Positions 39,141-52,692 of a stretch of DNA of 64,000 nucleotides are shown here, piece by piece. The translations under genes and the position numbers were made by a program. Every line of letters begins with the position of its first letter. Within the stretch, counting starts at the first letter, position 1. The notes beneath the pieces were generated by a model. It saw only the letters and a list, made by a program, of their open reading frames with translations, made no database searches and was not told the origin of the DNA. Origin of the DNA: Kiritimatiellia bacterium (GTDB taxonomy: Bacteria > Verrucomicrobiota > Kiritimatiellia > RFP12 > UBA1067); contig JBMNFY010000001.1 of NCBI GenBank assembly GCA_050949565.1, forward strand, positions 96,001 through 160,000. The letters are read 5' to 3'.

Positions 39141-40415
39141 TTACATCTGCCACGGCGCGCGCATCTGCTGGTAAATGAAGCGATCGGCGGCCGGGTCGTT
39201 GACCGCGGTCAGCTTGACCGGATCAAAGGTGAAGCCGCGCCCGAGGCGCATCGCGACGATGCCGAGATTGACGATCGTGCACGAGCGGAAGCCGTTGTCC
39301 TCGTTAAGTGCGAAGCGACGGCGTAGCTTGACCGACTCCAAGAAATCGGTCTGTTGCGGCGCAGGCTCGGGAAGTTCGGCGATGATGGCGTCCAGATTCG
39401 GAATGTCGGACTTCATCTTCGGCCAGACCTTGCCTTTGGGCCCCTCCAGGAACGGCACGCCCTTCATGGAGTCATCGCCATCCAGGATAATCTGGCAACC
39501 GTCGGCATAGGTGAAGGTGATACGGCGGAAGGAGCCGACCGCGTCGGGATGCTGCGGTGGGCAATCGATCTCGATCTTGGTGGGACTGGTGTCATCTTTT
39601 TCCATCAGGTACTGGACGGGATCCAGATAGTGCTGGCCCATGTCGCCGAGACCGCCGCCGTCGTAATCCCAATAACCACGGAAGGTGCCGTGGGTACGGT
39701 GCGGATGGTAAGGCTTGTACGGCGCCGGTCCCAGCCACAGGTCGTAGTCAAAGGTCTCGGGCACCGGTTCGGGCTTGAGGTCGACCCGTCCGCTCCAGCC
39801 GAACTTGAGCGAGAAACCGGTGACGCTGCCGACCACCGCTTTGACCGGCCAGCCGAGGACGCGGTTTTCCATGAGCTTCTTCAGCGGCTTGACTTCGGTG
39901 CCGAACCCATAGAAGCCGCCCATGAAGCGGAACCAGGTGTTCAGGCGGAAGATGCGGCCGTTGGCCTTGACCGCCTCCTGTACGCGGCGTCCCTCGCCGA
40001 TGGTGCGCGTCATCGGTTTTTCGCACCAGATGTCCTTACCCGCCTGCGCGGCCATCACCGACATCAGGCCGTGCCAGTGGGGCGGGGTGCAGATGTGAAC
40101 GATATCGACATCCGGGCGCGCGAGAATTTCGCGGAAATCACGGCAGGTGAAGATTTTGCCGTAGCCGTTCTTCTCGGCCTGCACGATCCCTTCCCTGACG
40201 CGGTTGGCGTCGGGATCGCACAGCGCGACCAAGCGTGTCGGCTTGTAGCCCAGATGGTTGCCCGAGCGGGCGATACCGCCAAAACCGAGCAACGCGCGTG
40301 TGAGTTGGTTGCTAGGTGCGGTCTCAGACCGCAAGATGTGGGCGGGAACGATCGTGAACGCCGATGCGGCGCCTGCCCGTTTCAGGAAGGTCCGGCGGCT
40401 GAATGATCCTGGCAT
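39141..40415 (-). CDS. Tat-exported Gfo/Idh/MocA oxidoreductase
   Basis: SRRTFLK; ICTPPHWH; KDIWCEKP; DYDLWLGPAP; DYDGGGLGDMGQHYLD. Confidence 0.9.
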   Translation of the reverse strand: MPGSFSRRTFLKRAGAASAFTIVPAHILRSETAPSNQLTRALLGFGGIARSGNHLGYKPTRLVALCDPDANRVREGIVQAEKNGYGKIFTCRDFREILARPDVDIVHICTPPHWHGLMSVMAAQAGKDIWCEKPMTRTIGEGRRVQEAVKANGRIFRLNTWFRFMGGFYGFGTEVKPLKKLMENRVLGWPVKAVVGSVTGFSLKFGWSGRVDLKPEPVPETFDYDLWLGPAPYKPYHPHRTHGTFRGYWDYDGGGLGDMGQHYLDPVQYLMEKDDTSPTKIEIDCPPQHPDAVGSFRRITFTYADGCQIILDGDDSMKGVPFLEGPKGKVWPKMKSDIPNLDAIIAELPEPAPQQTDFLESVKLRRRFALNEDNGFRSCTIVNLGIVAMRLGRGFTFDPVKLTAVNDPAADRFIYQQMRAPWQM

Positions 40416-40622
40416 GTTCTTCTCTCCCTTGGTGTTCGTTGAGCGGGTTCCTCTAAACCCAAGCCCATGTGTCGCATAGGGTAACGCTTTGCCGTGTACG
40501 ACGCAAGCGTGGTTTTGAAAACGCACGCCGTTTAACCTTCAAACGCAACGTGAATGTGCTCGAAATCAGAACTTTGAAACCAAACTTTACAAGACAGGCA
40601 CGGGATGGGACAATGACGGTAT

Positions 40623-42607
<1,985 letters not shown>

Positions 42608-42611
<4 letters not shown>

Positions 42612-45600
42612 ACGCGTATTTTAAAAAGTGGAGCCTGGGCTTGTTGGTGGCGGGCGTGGTCGGCGCGAGCCCTGCGGCTGAAGTACGTTTTGATTTCGAG
42701 ACCGGCGACCTGCAAGGCTGGCGGGTGGTGGAGGGGGCGTTCGGACGAATCGTGAGCGACCGGGCGCGCGAGCACCACGGTGGCGGGCCGTATACGAAGG
42801 TCGGTTCGTTTTTCCTCTCCACGCTGGAGAGCGCGGACGGCAAGTATCCGGATGATCGTTTCGAAGGCGTGGTCGAATCGCCGGTTGTGATTCTGGAGGC
42901 CCCGGAGATCACGCTGCGCGTGGGCGGCGGCAAGGGCCCCGATGTCTATGTCGCGCTCTGCACGCTGGACGGCCGCGAGGTGGCTACGGCACGCGGGGGC
43001 GATTCGCAGACTCTTCATGCGCGCAGCATGTCGGTGCCCGCCTGCGTGGGACAGCCGGTCTTTTTCCGTGTGGTGGACCGGGCGAGCGGGGGGTGGGGGC
43101 ATATCACGCTGGATCATGTAGTGTGCCAGGGCCGGATAGACGAGGAGGCCTCGGCGCGGCGCTTCAAGGCGCGTCTGCGTGAGATGGCGCGCGCCGGTAA
43201 CGCGATAACGGTCGAGCGTCTGCGTGCGGGCATCCGCGATTTGGGCGACATGTTCCAAGGGCGTTACCCCGCCGACACGCTGTTGCGGCGGCTCGATACC
43301 TTGGACGAGGATGGCGATCCTGATGCTTTGAACGCTTTTGCGCGCGAGGCACTGGTGCGCGAAAATCCGTTGCTCAACACGACTCCGTTGCTGTTTGTGA
43401 CGCGCAAGCAGTACCGTCGGGATCACCACAACACGGCTACCCTCTTCGTGTCGTGTGAAATCAACGCCCGCAGTTATGACACCGAGGGTGCCTTCAAGGT
43501 TCTGGACGTGCGGCGGGGCACGGTCACGACCCTCTTCGCGCCGGGGCCGGGCGTCACCGTTCGGGACCCGGACTTGGATTTCGCGGGCGAGCGGCTGGTG
43601 TTCTCAATGCGCAAAGGACCGCAGGATAACTATCACATCTACACGATGACTGTGGCGGGAACCGAGCTGCGCCAACTCACCTCCGCGCGGGAGGTTGCGG
43701 ATGTCGATCCGATCTGGCTGCCGGACGGCGATATCCTGTTCTCGTCCACGCGCGAGCCGAAGTACTGCATGTGCAACCGGCACATCATGTGCAACCTCTA
43801 CCGCATGAAGGCGGATGGCGCCAACATCCACCAGATTGGGATTTCCACGCTCTTTGAGGGGCACGCTTCCGTGATGCCGGACGGCCGCATCCTCTATGAC
43901 CGCTGGGAGTATGTGGACCGCAACTTCGGCGATGCGCAGGGATTGTGGGTCTGCAATCCCGACGGCACCGGCCATGCACTCTACTGGGGGAATAATACGA
44001 CAAGCCCCGGCGGCGTGATCGATGCACGCACGCTGTCGCAATCCCACTTGGCGATTGCGGTCTTCGGCTCCTGCCACGACCGTCCTTGGGGTGCCTTGGG
44101 TCTGATCGACCGTTCGCGCGGTGTCGACGGACTTGAACCGGTGCTCCGCACGTGGCCGGCGGCCTTTACCAACCGTATCAAGACCGCCGGGCAGGATTTC
44201 GACTCGACGGTCCGGCTGACCTGCAAATACGAAGATCCACATCCATTGGACGACCGCCATTTCCTGTGCTCCCGCCAAACCAGACGCGGCGAGGAGATGG
44301 GGCTCTACTATCTGGACCTGTTCGGCAACGAGGTGCTGGTGCACGCCGAAGCGCCGGGCTGTTACGATCCTTTGCCGTTGCGCCCGCGCCCCGCCCCGCC
44401 TGTGTTGCCGTGTCGGCGCACCTTTGAGCACCCGAATGCCGCCGGACGCTTCTATCTGCAGAACGTCTACATCGGTACGCACATGCAGGGTGTCAAGCCG
44501 GGGTCCGTCAAATACCTGCGGGTTATCGAGTCGCCCGAGAAACGCAATTGGTCGGAACGCGCATGGCATGGCCAGGGCGAGCAGGCTCCCGCGATGAATT
44601 GGCACAACTTCGAGAATAAGCGCATCCTCGGTACCGTGCCGGTCGAGTCGGACGGCAGCGCCTATTTCGAAGTGCCCGGCAACACTTTTGTCTTTTTCCA
44701 GGCACTCGACGAAAACGGCATGATGATCCAGTCCATGCGCTCGGGCGCTTACGTGCAGCCCGGCGAGACCTACGGTTGCGTGGGGTGCCATGAAAACCGC
44801 GTAGGCGATATCCCGCCGGTCACGACGCCGCCGTTGGCGATGCGGCGCAAGCCCGACACGCTGAAAGGCTGGTACGGTCCTCCGCGCATCTTCTCGTTCC
44901 AAAAAGAGGTGCAGCCGATATTCGACCGCCATTGCGTTACCTGCCACGACTACGGCAAGAAGGCGGGCGAACGCCTGAATCTGTCGGGCGACCGCGATTC
45001 GGTCTTCTGCACCTCGTATGTGGACCTGTGGGCGCTGGGCGTGATCACCTGCGTAGGCGGCGGTCCAGCCGAGGTGCAACAGGCTTATTCGTGGGGCAGC
45101 CATCCGTCGCGACTGATCCAGAAAGTACGCTCGGGGCACGGCAAGGTCGCGTCGAACGCCGAGGTGCTGGATCGCCTGATCACATGGGTCGACTTGAACG
45201 CCCCGTATTATCCGGAGTACGCCTCCGCCTATCCGCAAAATCTGGGCGGGCGCAGTCCGCTGACGATGGCGGAAGTGGATCGCTTGAAGGTGTTAACGGG
45301 CGTGCAGATATCCGACAAGTTTAGTGCGCGGCAACGTGCGCAGCTCTCCTTTGCACGACCGGAACGGAGCCGCATTTTGGCTGGCGCGACCAACGACGCC
45401 GCACGCGCCGAAGCGCTGGCATTGATACAGGAGGGCGCACGACGGTTGCGCGACAAACCGCGTGCGGACATGGACGGTTTTGCGGCTTGCGTCCGGGATC
45501 AGGCGCGCGAGGCGGTATATCAGGCGCGGTGGGAGCGCGAGTTGCGCGCCTACGCGGCGATACGCGAGGGACGTCGTGTTTACGACGAGGAACAACAAAC

Positions 45601-45622
45601 ACCTGAGGAGGCGACACAATGA
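42608..45622 (+). CDS. Secreted HzsA (hydrazine synthase alpha)-related beta-propeller protein with two CxxCH heme motifs
   Basis: Signal peptide; DPIWLPDGDILFSSTR, DGRILYDRWEY, NPDGT, KRILGTVPVESDGSAYFEVP..FFQALDENG, CVGCH, VQPIFDRHCVTCH, TWVDLNAP. Confidence 0.78.
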
Positions 45623-46905
45623 CAACAATTTCACGGCGCGGGTTCTGCCGCGCATTGGCGGGTGCAGGAGCTGTGGCGCAGATGTCTGCGACCGCGCGCG
45701 GCGAGGAGAAGGCGCAAACAATCAAGCTGGGCGTGATCGGCTGCGGCTGGTATGGGATGGTCAACGTGCGGGCGGCATTCAAGGCCGGCGGCGTTGAGGT
45801 CGTCGCGGTGTGTGATGTCGACAGCGAGCATCTGCGGATCGCGGCCGAAGAGGTCGCCAAGCTCCAGGGGCGGCCGCCGCGGACCTTCAAGCACTACGAG
45901 GAACTGCTGCAAGTCGAGGGATTAGATGCCGTGATCATCGCGACGCCGCCGCAGTGGCATGCGCTGCAATTCATTGCTGCGGTCGGACGTAAACTTGACG
46001 TCTACTGCGAAAAGCCGCTGGCTTATGATGTGCGCGAATGCCGCGCCATGGTGGATGCCGCGCGTGCCAGCGGGCGCATCGTCCAAGTGGGCTTTCAGCG
46101 ACGCCAGAGTCCCGCGTTTCAGGCGGTGCGCGACTATCTGCGCGAAGGCAAAGCGGGACGGCTCATTTGCGCCGAGGCCGCCATCCACTACACGGCGGGT
46201 GTCAAGGATCCGTCGCCGCAGACGCCGCCAGCTTCGCTCGACTGGGATTTGTGGTGCGGACCAGCGCCGCTGATTCCGTACAGCCCGCAGGTCGGACATA
46301 AAAGCTGGCGGCTGGAGCAGACCACCGGTCACGGTCACTTGGTCGACTGGGGCATTCATCTGATTGATGCGGCGCGCATGATTCTCGGTGCGGACGAACC
46401 GCGTTCGGTGTCGGCGACGGGCGGCCTGTATGCGCTCAAGGGGAGGATCACCACGCCGGACGTGCTGACCGCGCACTTCGATTTCGATGGATGCCCGTTA
46501 ACGTGGCGGCACCGCATCTGGGGTGCCACGGAATACGCGCCGGAGGTCTCGAACGGCATCTTCTTCTACGGGGATCAGCAGACGGTGTTCGTCACGGACA
46601 ACCGTTGGGTGGTCATCCCGAAAGGCAAGAACGCAGAGCGTCAGGAGCACACCGTCAAGGCGGATGCCGGAACGTTGCACGTGGCCGAGTTTCTCAACGC
46701 CGTGCGGACGCGCCAAGCGCCGGGTTGCCCGATTGAAGAGGGGGCAAAATCCACCGTCGCCGTCAAGCTTGCCATGATCGCATACGAGACAGGGCGGCGG
46801 GTCGATTGGGACGCGGCGGCGCAGTCCGTGGGCGACAACAAAGAAGCCGCCGCACGGCTCCTGCGCCCCTACCGGGCACCTTGGAAACATCCTTTTACAG
46901 CGTGA
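45619..46905 (+). CDS. Tat-exported Gfo/Idh/MocA oxidoreductase
   Basis: SRRGFC; LGVIGCGWYG; ATPPQWH; VYCEKP; QVGFQRR; DWDLWCGPAP; DWGIHLID. Confidence 0.9.
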   Translation: MTTISRRGFCRALAGAGAVAQMSATARGEEKAQTIKLGVIGCGWYGMVNVRAAFKAGGVEVVAVCDVDSEHLRIAAEEVAKLQGRPPRTFKHYEELLQVEGLDAVIIATPPQWHALQFIAAVGRKLDVYCEKPLAYDVRECRAMVDAARASGRIVQVGFQRRQSPAFQAVRDYLREGKAGRLICAEAAIHYTAGVKDPSPQTPPASLDWDLWCGPAPLIPYSPQVGHKSWRLEQTTGHGHLVDWGIHLIDAARMILGADEPRSVSATGGLYALKGRITTPDVLTAHFDFDGCPLTWRHRIWGATEYAPEVSNGIFFYGDQQTVFVTDNRWVVIPKGKNAERQEHTVKADAGTLHVAEFLNAVRTRQAPGCPIEEGAKSTVAVKLAMIAYETGRRVDWDAAAQSVGDNKEAAARLLRPYRAPWKHPFTA

Positions 46906-47337
46906 CGCACGCTAAGGTACAAAGGGCACGAAGGTTTTTGGATGGCATGGTTCGGGTTTTGGGAACCACAGAGAGCACAGAGGGAACAGAGGTTTTTTTG
47001 GGGCAGTGCTCGGGTTTGTTTAACCACGGAATACACTGAACACACAGAAAGGCATGGGTTCGGTTGTTTCACGCGAAGGCGCGAAGATCGTGCGCTTCTG
47101 ATGAAGGGGTTATGCGTGGGCTTGGGCTCCGCGCACAGCGCGGGAAAAAACGCTCAACGCTCAACGTTCAATTTTCAGCGGCGGGGACGCCCGCGCCCGA
47201 CTGCGCATACGTAAACCACGCACTAAACTCGTACGCCCCCTGTCACTAACCGATTACCCAACCGATTACACCCAACCGATTACGAATTGCAGAGTCGCCG
47301 TCCTTGTGTTAATTTTAGGCTGTTTTGGAGGATTGGC

Positions 47338-47556
47338 ATGCAGGTGACGCTACCATTGGATAGAATGACGACACTAGAAAAGCTTCGCGTGATCGAGGAA
47401 GTATGGGATGACCTATGCCGCTCGAAGGAGGATATTCCGTCACCCTCATGGCATGCGGATGTTTTGCGTCTTCGCGAAGAACAGGTTCGCAGTGGTGAAT
47501 CGACCTTTTTAGAACTGAATGAAGCCAAACGAGTGTTGCGAGAGCGACTGGCATGA
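47338..47556 (+). CDS. Addiction-module antitoxin component (TIGR02574-like)
   Basis: GGAGG RBS; MTTLEKLRVIEEVWDDL...PSPSWHADVLRLRE; ATGA overlap with the toxin. Confidence 0.85.
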   Translation: MQVTLPLDRMTTLEKLRVIEEVWDDLCRSKEDIPSPSWHADVLRLREEQVRSGESTFLELNEAKRVLRERLA

Positions 47557-47843
47557 GAGTAGAAGTCCTCGCAACTGCCTTGGAAGATCTTGCGAATGGG
47601 TTCCATTTTTATGAAAACCAATCTGAGGGGCTCGGGATGTACTTCGTGGACACCTTGTGGTCCGACATCCATTCGTTGTATGTGTTTGCGGGTATTCATC
47701 CGTTAATTTTCGGCTATTATCGTATGCTCTCGAAACGCTTTCCGTATGCGGTGTACTACAAGATTGAAGACAATGTAGCACGTGTCTGGGCTGTCCTTGA
47801 CTGTAGGCGAGATCCAGCATGGATTCATAAACAATTAATGTGA
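47553..47843 (+). CDS. RelE/ParE-family toxin
   Basis: ALEDL..GFHFYENQSEGLG.YF, RFPYAVYY, VWAVLDCRRDPAW. Confidence 0.88.
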   Translation: MRVEVLATALEDLANGFHFYENQSEGLGMYFVDTLWSDIHSLYVFAGIHPLIFGYYRMLSKRFPYAVYYKIEDNVARVWAVLDCRRDPAWIHKQLM

Positions 47844-47849
47844 TCCGCC

Positions 47850-48353
47850 ATGAACATCATCAAAGAACAGCAGGGTGGATACAGTTTCACAAAGGGACTC
47901 GAACGCGCAAAGGCACGACTGGCCTACTGTGAAGAGGGGCTATCAATGGAGACCGCTGCGCGTATCATTGACGCGATGGAGCGTCGTGGCGTCACGCGGA
48001 GTGAGCTGGCTTGCCGCATGGAGGTCAGCCCGGCCTATGTCACCAAAATACTTCGCGGCCACGCCAACCTCAGCTTAGAGAGTCTTGCAAAAGTGGCGTT
48101 TGCCCTAGACCTAAAATGGGAATGTCTCCTCATCCCCAAAGATTCCAGAATCGGTGTCCTGTCCTTGACTGACAATGCTGGCAGTGCGACCATTTGTACC
48201 GTCGAAACCGCCACTCGGGAGGGGCGCGGGAGTGCGCCTGAACTAGGCGACAAGGCTACCTCGCGCGTACAATGTGTGCGGGAAACGGCTTCTAAGTATC
48301 CGCGGTCGAGAAAGGGCAAACCGCCAAGACGCCACGAACGCCAAGAGGGATAG
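47850..48353 (+). CDS. XRE-family HTH protein
   Basis: AMERRGVTRSELACRMEVSPAYVTKILRGHANLSLESLAKVAFAL. Confidence 0.82.
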   Translation: MNIIKEQQGGYSFTKGLERAKARLAYCEEGLSMETAARIIDAMERRGVTRSELACRMEVSPAYVTKILRGHANLSLESLAKVAFALDLKWECLLIPKDSRIGVLSLTDNAGSATICTVETATREGRGSAPELGDKATSRVQCVRETASKYPRSRKGKPPRRHERQEG

Positions 48354-48431
48354 AGGTTTTTTGTATACGGTCGACTGTAAAGGCTTCCGCCAGCCATATA
48401 TCACATCCTCGCCCCTTTTTCTCTTCGGTTG

Positions 48432-48570
48432 TTTTTCCACACTTTGAAAGGTGTGGAAGTAAAAGAACGATAGCCAACGCAGGTGTTAAAACATCAAAAC
48501 ACCCGCTTTTTACTGCTGTTTATCACACTGTTGGGTTCTTTTTTTCCACACCTTGAAAGGTGTGGAAGTA
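48432..48570. repeat. Two copies of a 30-bp palindromic unit
   Basis: TTTTTCCACAC(T/C)TTGAAAGGTGTGGAAGTA at 48432-48461 and 48541-48570. Confidence 0.88.
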
Positions 48571-48574
48571 GGGC

Positions 48575-48890
48575 GTGTGTTTCTCTGCGGAAGACGGTTC
48601 GTTCGTGGTGGAGGTTCCCGAACTTCCGGGATGTATGGTGGATGGCTCGACCTATCAGGAAGCACTTGCCAACGCGGAACAAATCATCCGCGAATGGGTC
48701 GAAACCGCATCCGCGCTTGGAAGAGCGATCCCCACGCCTCGCCTCGCGGGTGGCCCAAAGAGGATCCGTCCCCGTCACCGCATGGCATTCGGATGTTTTG
48801 CGTCTTCGCGAAGAACAGGTTCGCAGTGGCGAATCGACCTTTTTAGAACTGAATGAAGCCAAACGGGTGTTGCGAGAGCGACTGACATGA
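48575..48890 (+). pseudogene. 5'-truncated HicB-like antitoxin fragment joined to a partial duplicate of the 47338-47556 antitoxin gene
   Basis: SAEDGSFVVEVPELPGCMVDGSTYQEALANAEQIIREWVETA..LGR.IP.P; about 48757-48890 repeats about 47425-47556. Confidence 0.7.
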
Positions 48891-49048
48891 AGTACTAACA
48901 GGGCATACCTTTTTTCTTGGATTTCCACTCGTCCTAGTGTTTACTGTCTGTGTTGAAGATGAGGAGGGATGTTCCATCCGCTGAGAGACAGGAATGGTGT
49001 CCGTTCGATATTCATGTTGGCCGGTCATGAAAAGTCTGGAGGTGTCAG

Positions 49049-52000
49049 ATGTCACGAGCAAGATACAGCAGAAACTGGAGAGGAATGGCGTGGATAGGGG
49101 GGTGTCTGATTTTCGGGGCGGTCGCGGCTCTGAGGGCGTATGCGGAGACCGTCCTTGTGGTCTATTCCGGCGGCAACAAGGAGGTGCGCCAGTTTTCGGT
49201 CGCGAACGGGGTGTGGACGTACGAGAAGGTGTTCGCTTCTGGTTCGTACGAGGGGAAAGCGATGACCCCTGCGGGCGTGGCCAGTGACGGGCGGCGCGTC
49301 TATATCGGAGATATAGCGGCGCGCCGGATTCTTGCATTCGAAGCCGACGGCACGTTTGTGGGCACGGTCACGAATTTCGCCTCGACCTGCATGCCCGACT
49401 GTGTGTTTGCAGCACCGAACGGTTACCTGTACATGAGCGATGCCTTCGGGAGTGCAGGCGATCGCATCTATCGCTTTGACTTGGATACGTGGCAGGGGGG
49501 AGAGTTTATTGCGACCACCGGATGGGGAGAGACATTCAATAATCCGCGCGGTCTGGCGGTCGATGAAAATGGTCTATTGCTTGTCGCCGACCGGAACTCG
49601 AATAAGGTGCGGCGCTTCAATGCGACCGATGGTGCTTATAGCAATATCCTGGCGACTGTGAGCTTGCCGAACGGATTGCCTACGACTTCGTCTCGCGGCG
49701 CGTTGTGTGTACCCCTCAGCAAGGGACGTTGGGTTATCTGGTTGAGATCGAATCCGACGGCACGGTCATACTCCGGTATTCGGACGACCAGACAGCTCCC
49801 AGAATCGGCATCGTCACGATCGGCGAAGATGTGTATTACTCTAGCTACAACGATAACAAAGTCTTTCGGGTCCGCCCGGACGGCACACGTACGGTCGCGG
49901 TGGATGCGCAGTCGGATGTCAGCCAGCCGATGTATATGACGGTGGTGCCGGATCATTCGCTCGTTCCTGAAAACGGTTTGATCGCGCACTGGCGCTTTAA
50001 CGAAGGTGCAAACGCGCCGTTGTTGGCATCCTCCATCGGGCCGACGGGTTATCGTGAGATCGATGCCCAGGGATATCTGCAAAGCGGGGCAACCGGCGTG
50101 GAAGGCGGCGCGGTCTGGTTCAATGATTATAGCTTTGGGGTGATCCGGGATTCCAAGCTCTTGATTCCCGCGACAAACGATTTCAGTGTGTTCCTATGGG
50201 CGGGAGCATCCACGGAAGGCAGCGGGCAACGGCATGTGTTTTCGCAAAACAACGGCCAAGCCGGACGGTGCGAGTTGGGCTATGACTTCGACAGCGGTTC
50301 CGCGCGGAAGCTTTTTTGGTGGCATGCGAATGGGCCGACCTTGATCTCCGCTAACGACGCGCGTGACGGAGTATGGCATCACATCGGCGTGATCCGTCGC
50401 GGCGACCAGATGGAGTTGTGGTTGGACGGTGTCATGGAGGCCAGTGCGGTCATGACGGCGTCGATTGACCAGTCTCTCGATTGGCGTTTGGGTCGTGCCG
50501 TGTATCCGCAGTTTTACCTGAATTCCGGCGTGTTCATGGATGATTTGCGCGTGTATGACCGGGCACTCTCCAGCGCCGACGTGACGGCGCTCTACACGCT
50601 CTACACCTCGTCGCCGTCGACCTTGCCGGTCCCTGTCCGGCCTGCGTTGCCGGTTCCAGATTTAACCGCGGTCGAGTCTGAGTTGACTGCGGTCGTTGTG
50701 GGACATCAGCCACGCATTGCGAGCCCGGTCGGATCGCCGTCTCTTTTGCTGATGTCGGGCGGCGTTATGTTGGCCGCGTATGATGTCTGCGGCGGTGCGG
50801 GTATTACGCGGGTCTGCCGTTCAACGGATGGCGGCGCAGTGTGGACGCAAATCGCGGAACTCACGGGATTGGTGCATGCCTCGCTATTCGAGGAGGGCGG
50901 CGCGCTTTATCTGCTGGGGACATCCGATGTGCTGGGCTCCGTGCGCATTCACCGATCGACGGATGGCGGTGCCACGTGGTCGGCGGGATCGACAATCTCG
51001 CCGAACGCATCCTTTCACATGGCGGCTGGACCGGTCGTAGTGCATGACGGACGTGTGTGGAAGGCGGCCGAAGATCAAACTGAGCAAGGGTGGCAACCGG
51101 ACCGGGCGCGTGTGCGCATGCTCTCGGCGCCGGTCGGTTGCGATCTGATGGCGGCTACGAACTGGACGGTGTCTGATCCGCTGTCTCGTAGCGGGTGGAA
51201 TGTCAACCGTCGTCTGACCGGATGGTTGGATGGCAATGCGCTCGTGGACAAGAACGGCGGGCTCGTCACGCTCATGAGCGTACGTCATAACCGTGGCGGC
51301 ATGGCGGAGGTGGCGGCGTATGTGCCCGTGACGACGGCAAGTTCGGCACCTGGCTTCAATCTGGATACGGGGTTTGTCATGTTGCCCGGCGCGGCGAAGC
51401 CGTTCATGGTCCGGTATGACGCTGTGTCGGGCCTTTACTGGACGCTGACGAGCGCGGTCGCCCCGTCCGAGAACGAAATCGGCAGGGTTTTGCCGGAGAA
51501 TATCTGTCATAGGCTGGCGGTGTATTCATCGCACAATCTGCATGATTGGTGTCTGCGCGATGTGTTGTTCGAACGGCCTGAGTACGGCAGGGACGGTTTT
51601 CTGCAGGCGTCGTTTTCGTTTTCCGGGGATGATCTGGTGGTTCTGTTCGCCGCCGCGTATGCCGACGGTTTGTCCGGTCCGCGTTCGGCAGTCGAACCGA
51701 ACATGGTGCTGGTTAAACGGATCGCCGGTTTCCGCTCCCTGCCGGTTGACGAGGGCGATGCGCGTGTGCTGGTGGCCGACACGGGATTGAACCGCGTGAT
51801 GCGCTACAGTTTAAACAGCTTGGGGCAGTGGTGCGACGACAACGTGTTTGCGGATGGCCTTTCGGCGCCTTACGGGTTGGCGCTGTTCGGAGAGACGGTG
51901 TATGTGACCGAGCGCGTGGCTGGGGGACGTCTGCTCGCCTACACGCTCAAGGGACGTTTGCAGCGGACGGTCACAACCTTTGCGTCGGACAGCACGCCGG

Positions 52001-52617
52001 GAGCGCTTGAAGCCGCGCCGGACGGGATGTTGTTTGTGTCGTTGATCTCGGCGGTAAGCGGTGACAAGGTGGTCAAGGTGAATCCGGCCAATGGCGCGGT
52101 CAGTGTGTTTATCGATACGACCGGATGGGGTGCTACGCTTGTCGATCCGCGTGGGTTGTCCTGTGACGAAACAGGGAACCTCTACGTTGCCACGCAGTTT
52201 CAGAGCGGCAATACCCAAGGATATTTCAGGAAGTTTTCGCCGACGGGAGTTTTGTTGGAAACCTCACGGATGCACGATCAACCCCGAGGAGTGTTCTATG
52301 ATGCCGCTGGACCGCGCGTCATCGGTTCGGTTTACGGGGCCTGCGATGTCATGTCGCTGCCGTTACCGCTCGGCGATGCCTTCTCGAAAATCGGTGATTA
52401 CAACGTCTGGACCAAGTTTTACGACATCAATATCGTGGACGGACAGGTGTGCTATACGGATTTCGATTATGGCATGGTGCATATTATTCGCAGCACGTTG
52501 ACTGCGCAGGGAACGGTCGCTCTCGGGCTCAAGAATCCGGCGGAACTGTTGCTGATTCCTGAGGGCGCGAAAGCTTGGCCGGACATCGGGTCGGGGACGC
52601 TGATCCGTTTGAAGTGA
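49049..52617 (+). CDS. Large secreted multidomain protein (NHL-like propeller, LamG, sialidase/BNR-like, NHL-like propeller); frameshift at about 49678
   Basis: GGAGG RBS and signal peptide; PRGLAVDENG; LIAHWRFNEG..WHHI..MDDLRVYDRALS (LamG); RSTDGGAVW / RSTDGGATW (Asp-box); ends GSGTLIRLK. Confidence 0.75.
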
Positions 52618-52692
52618 GTTGAATCAAGGGGCAATCATGAGATTTGCTGGCGGTTGATGTGGCCTTTGGTTCGCGAATGACGCTCTACCGTC

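Noticed and set aside
48432-48570. Mini CRISPR array of palindromic 30-bp repeats
   Set aside because: Two copies only, 79-bp spacer, no cas genes
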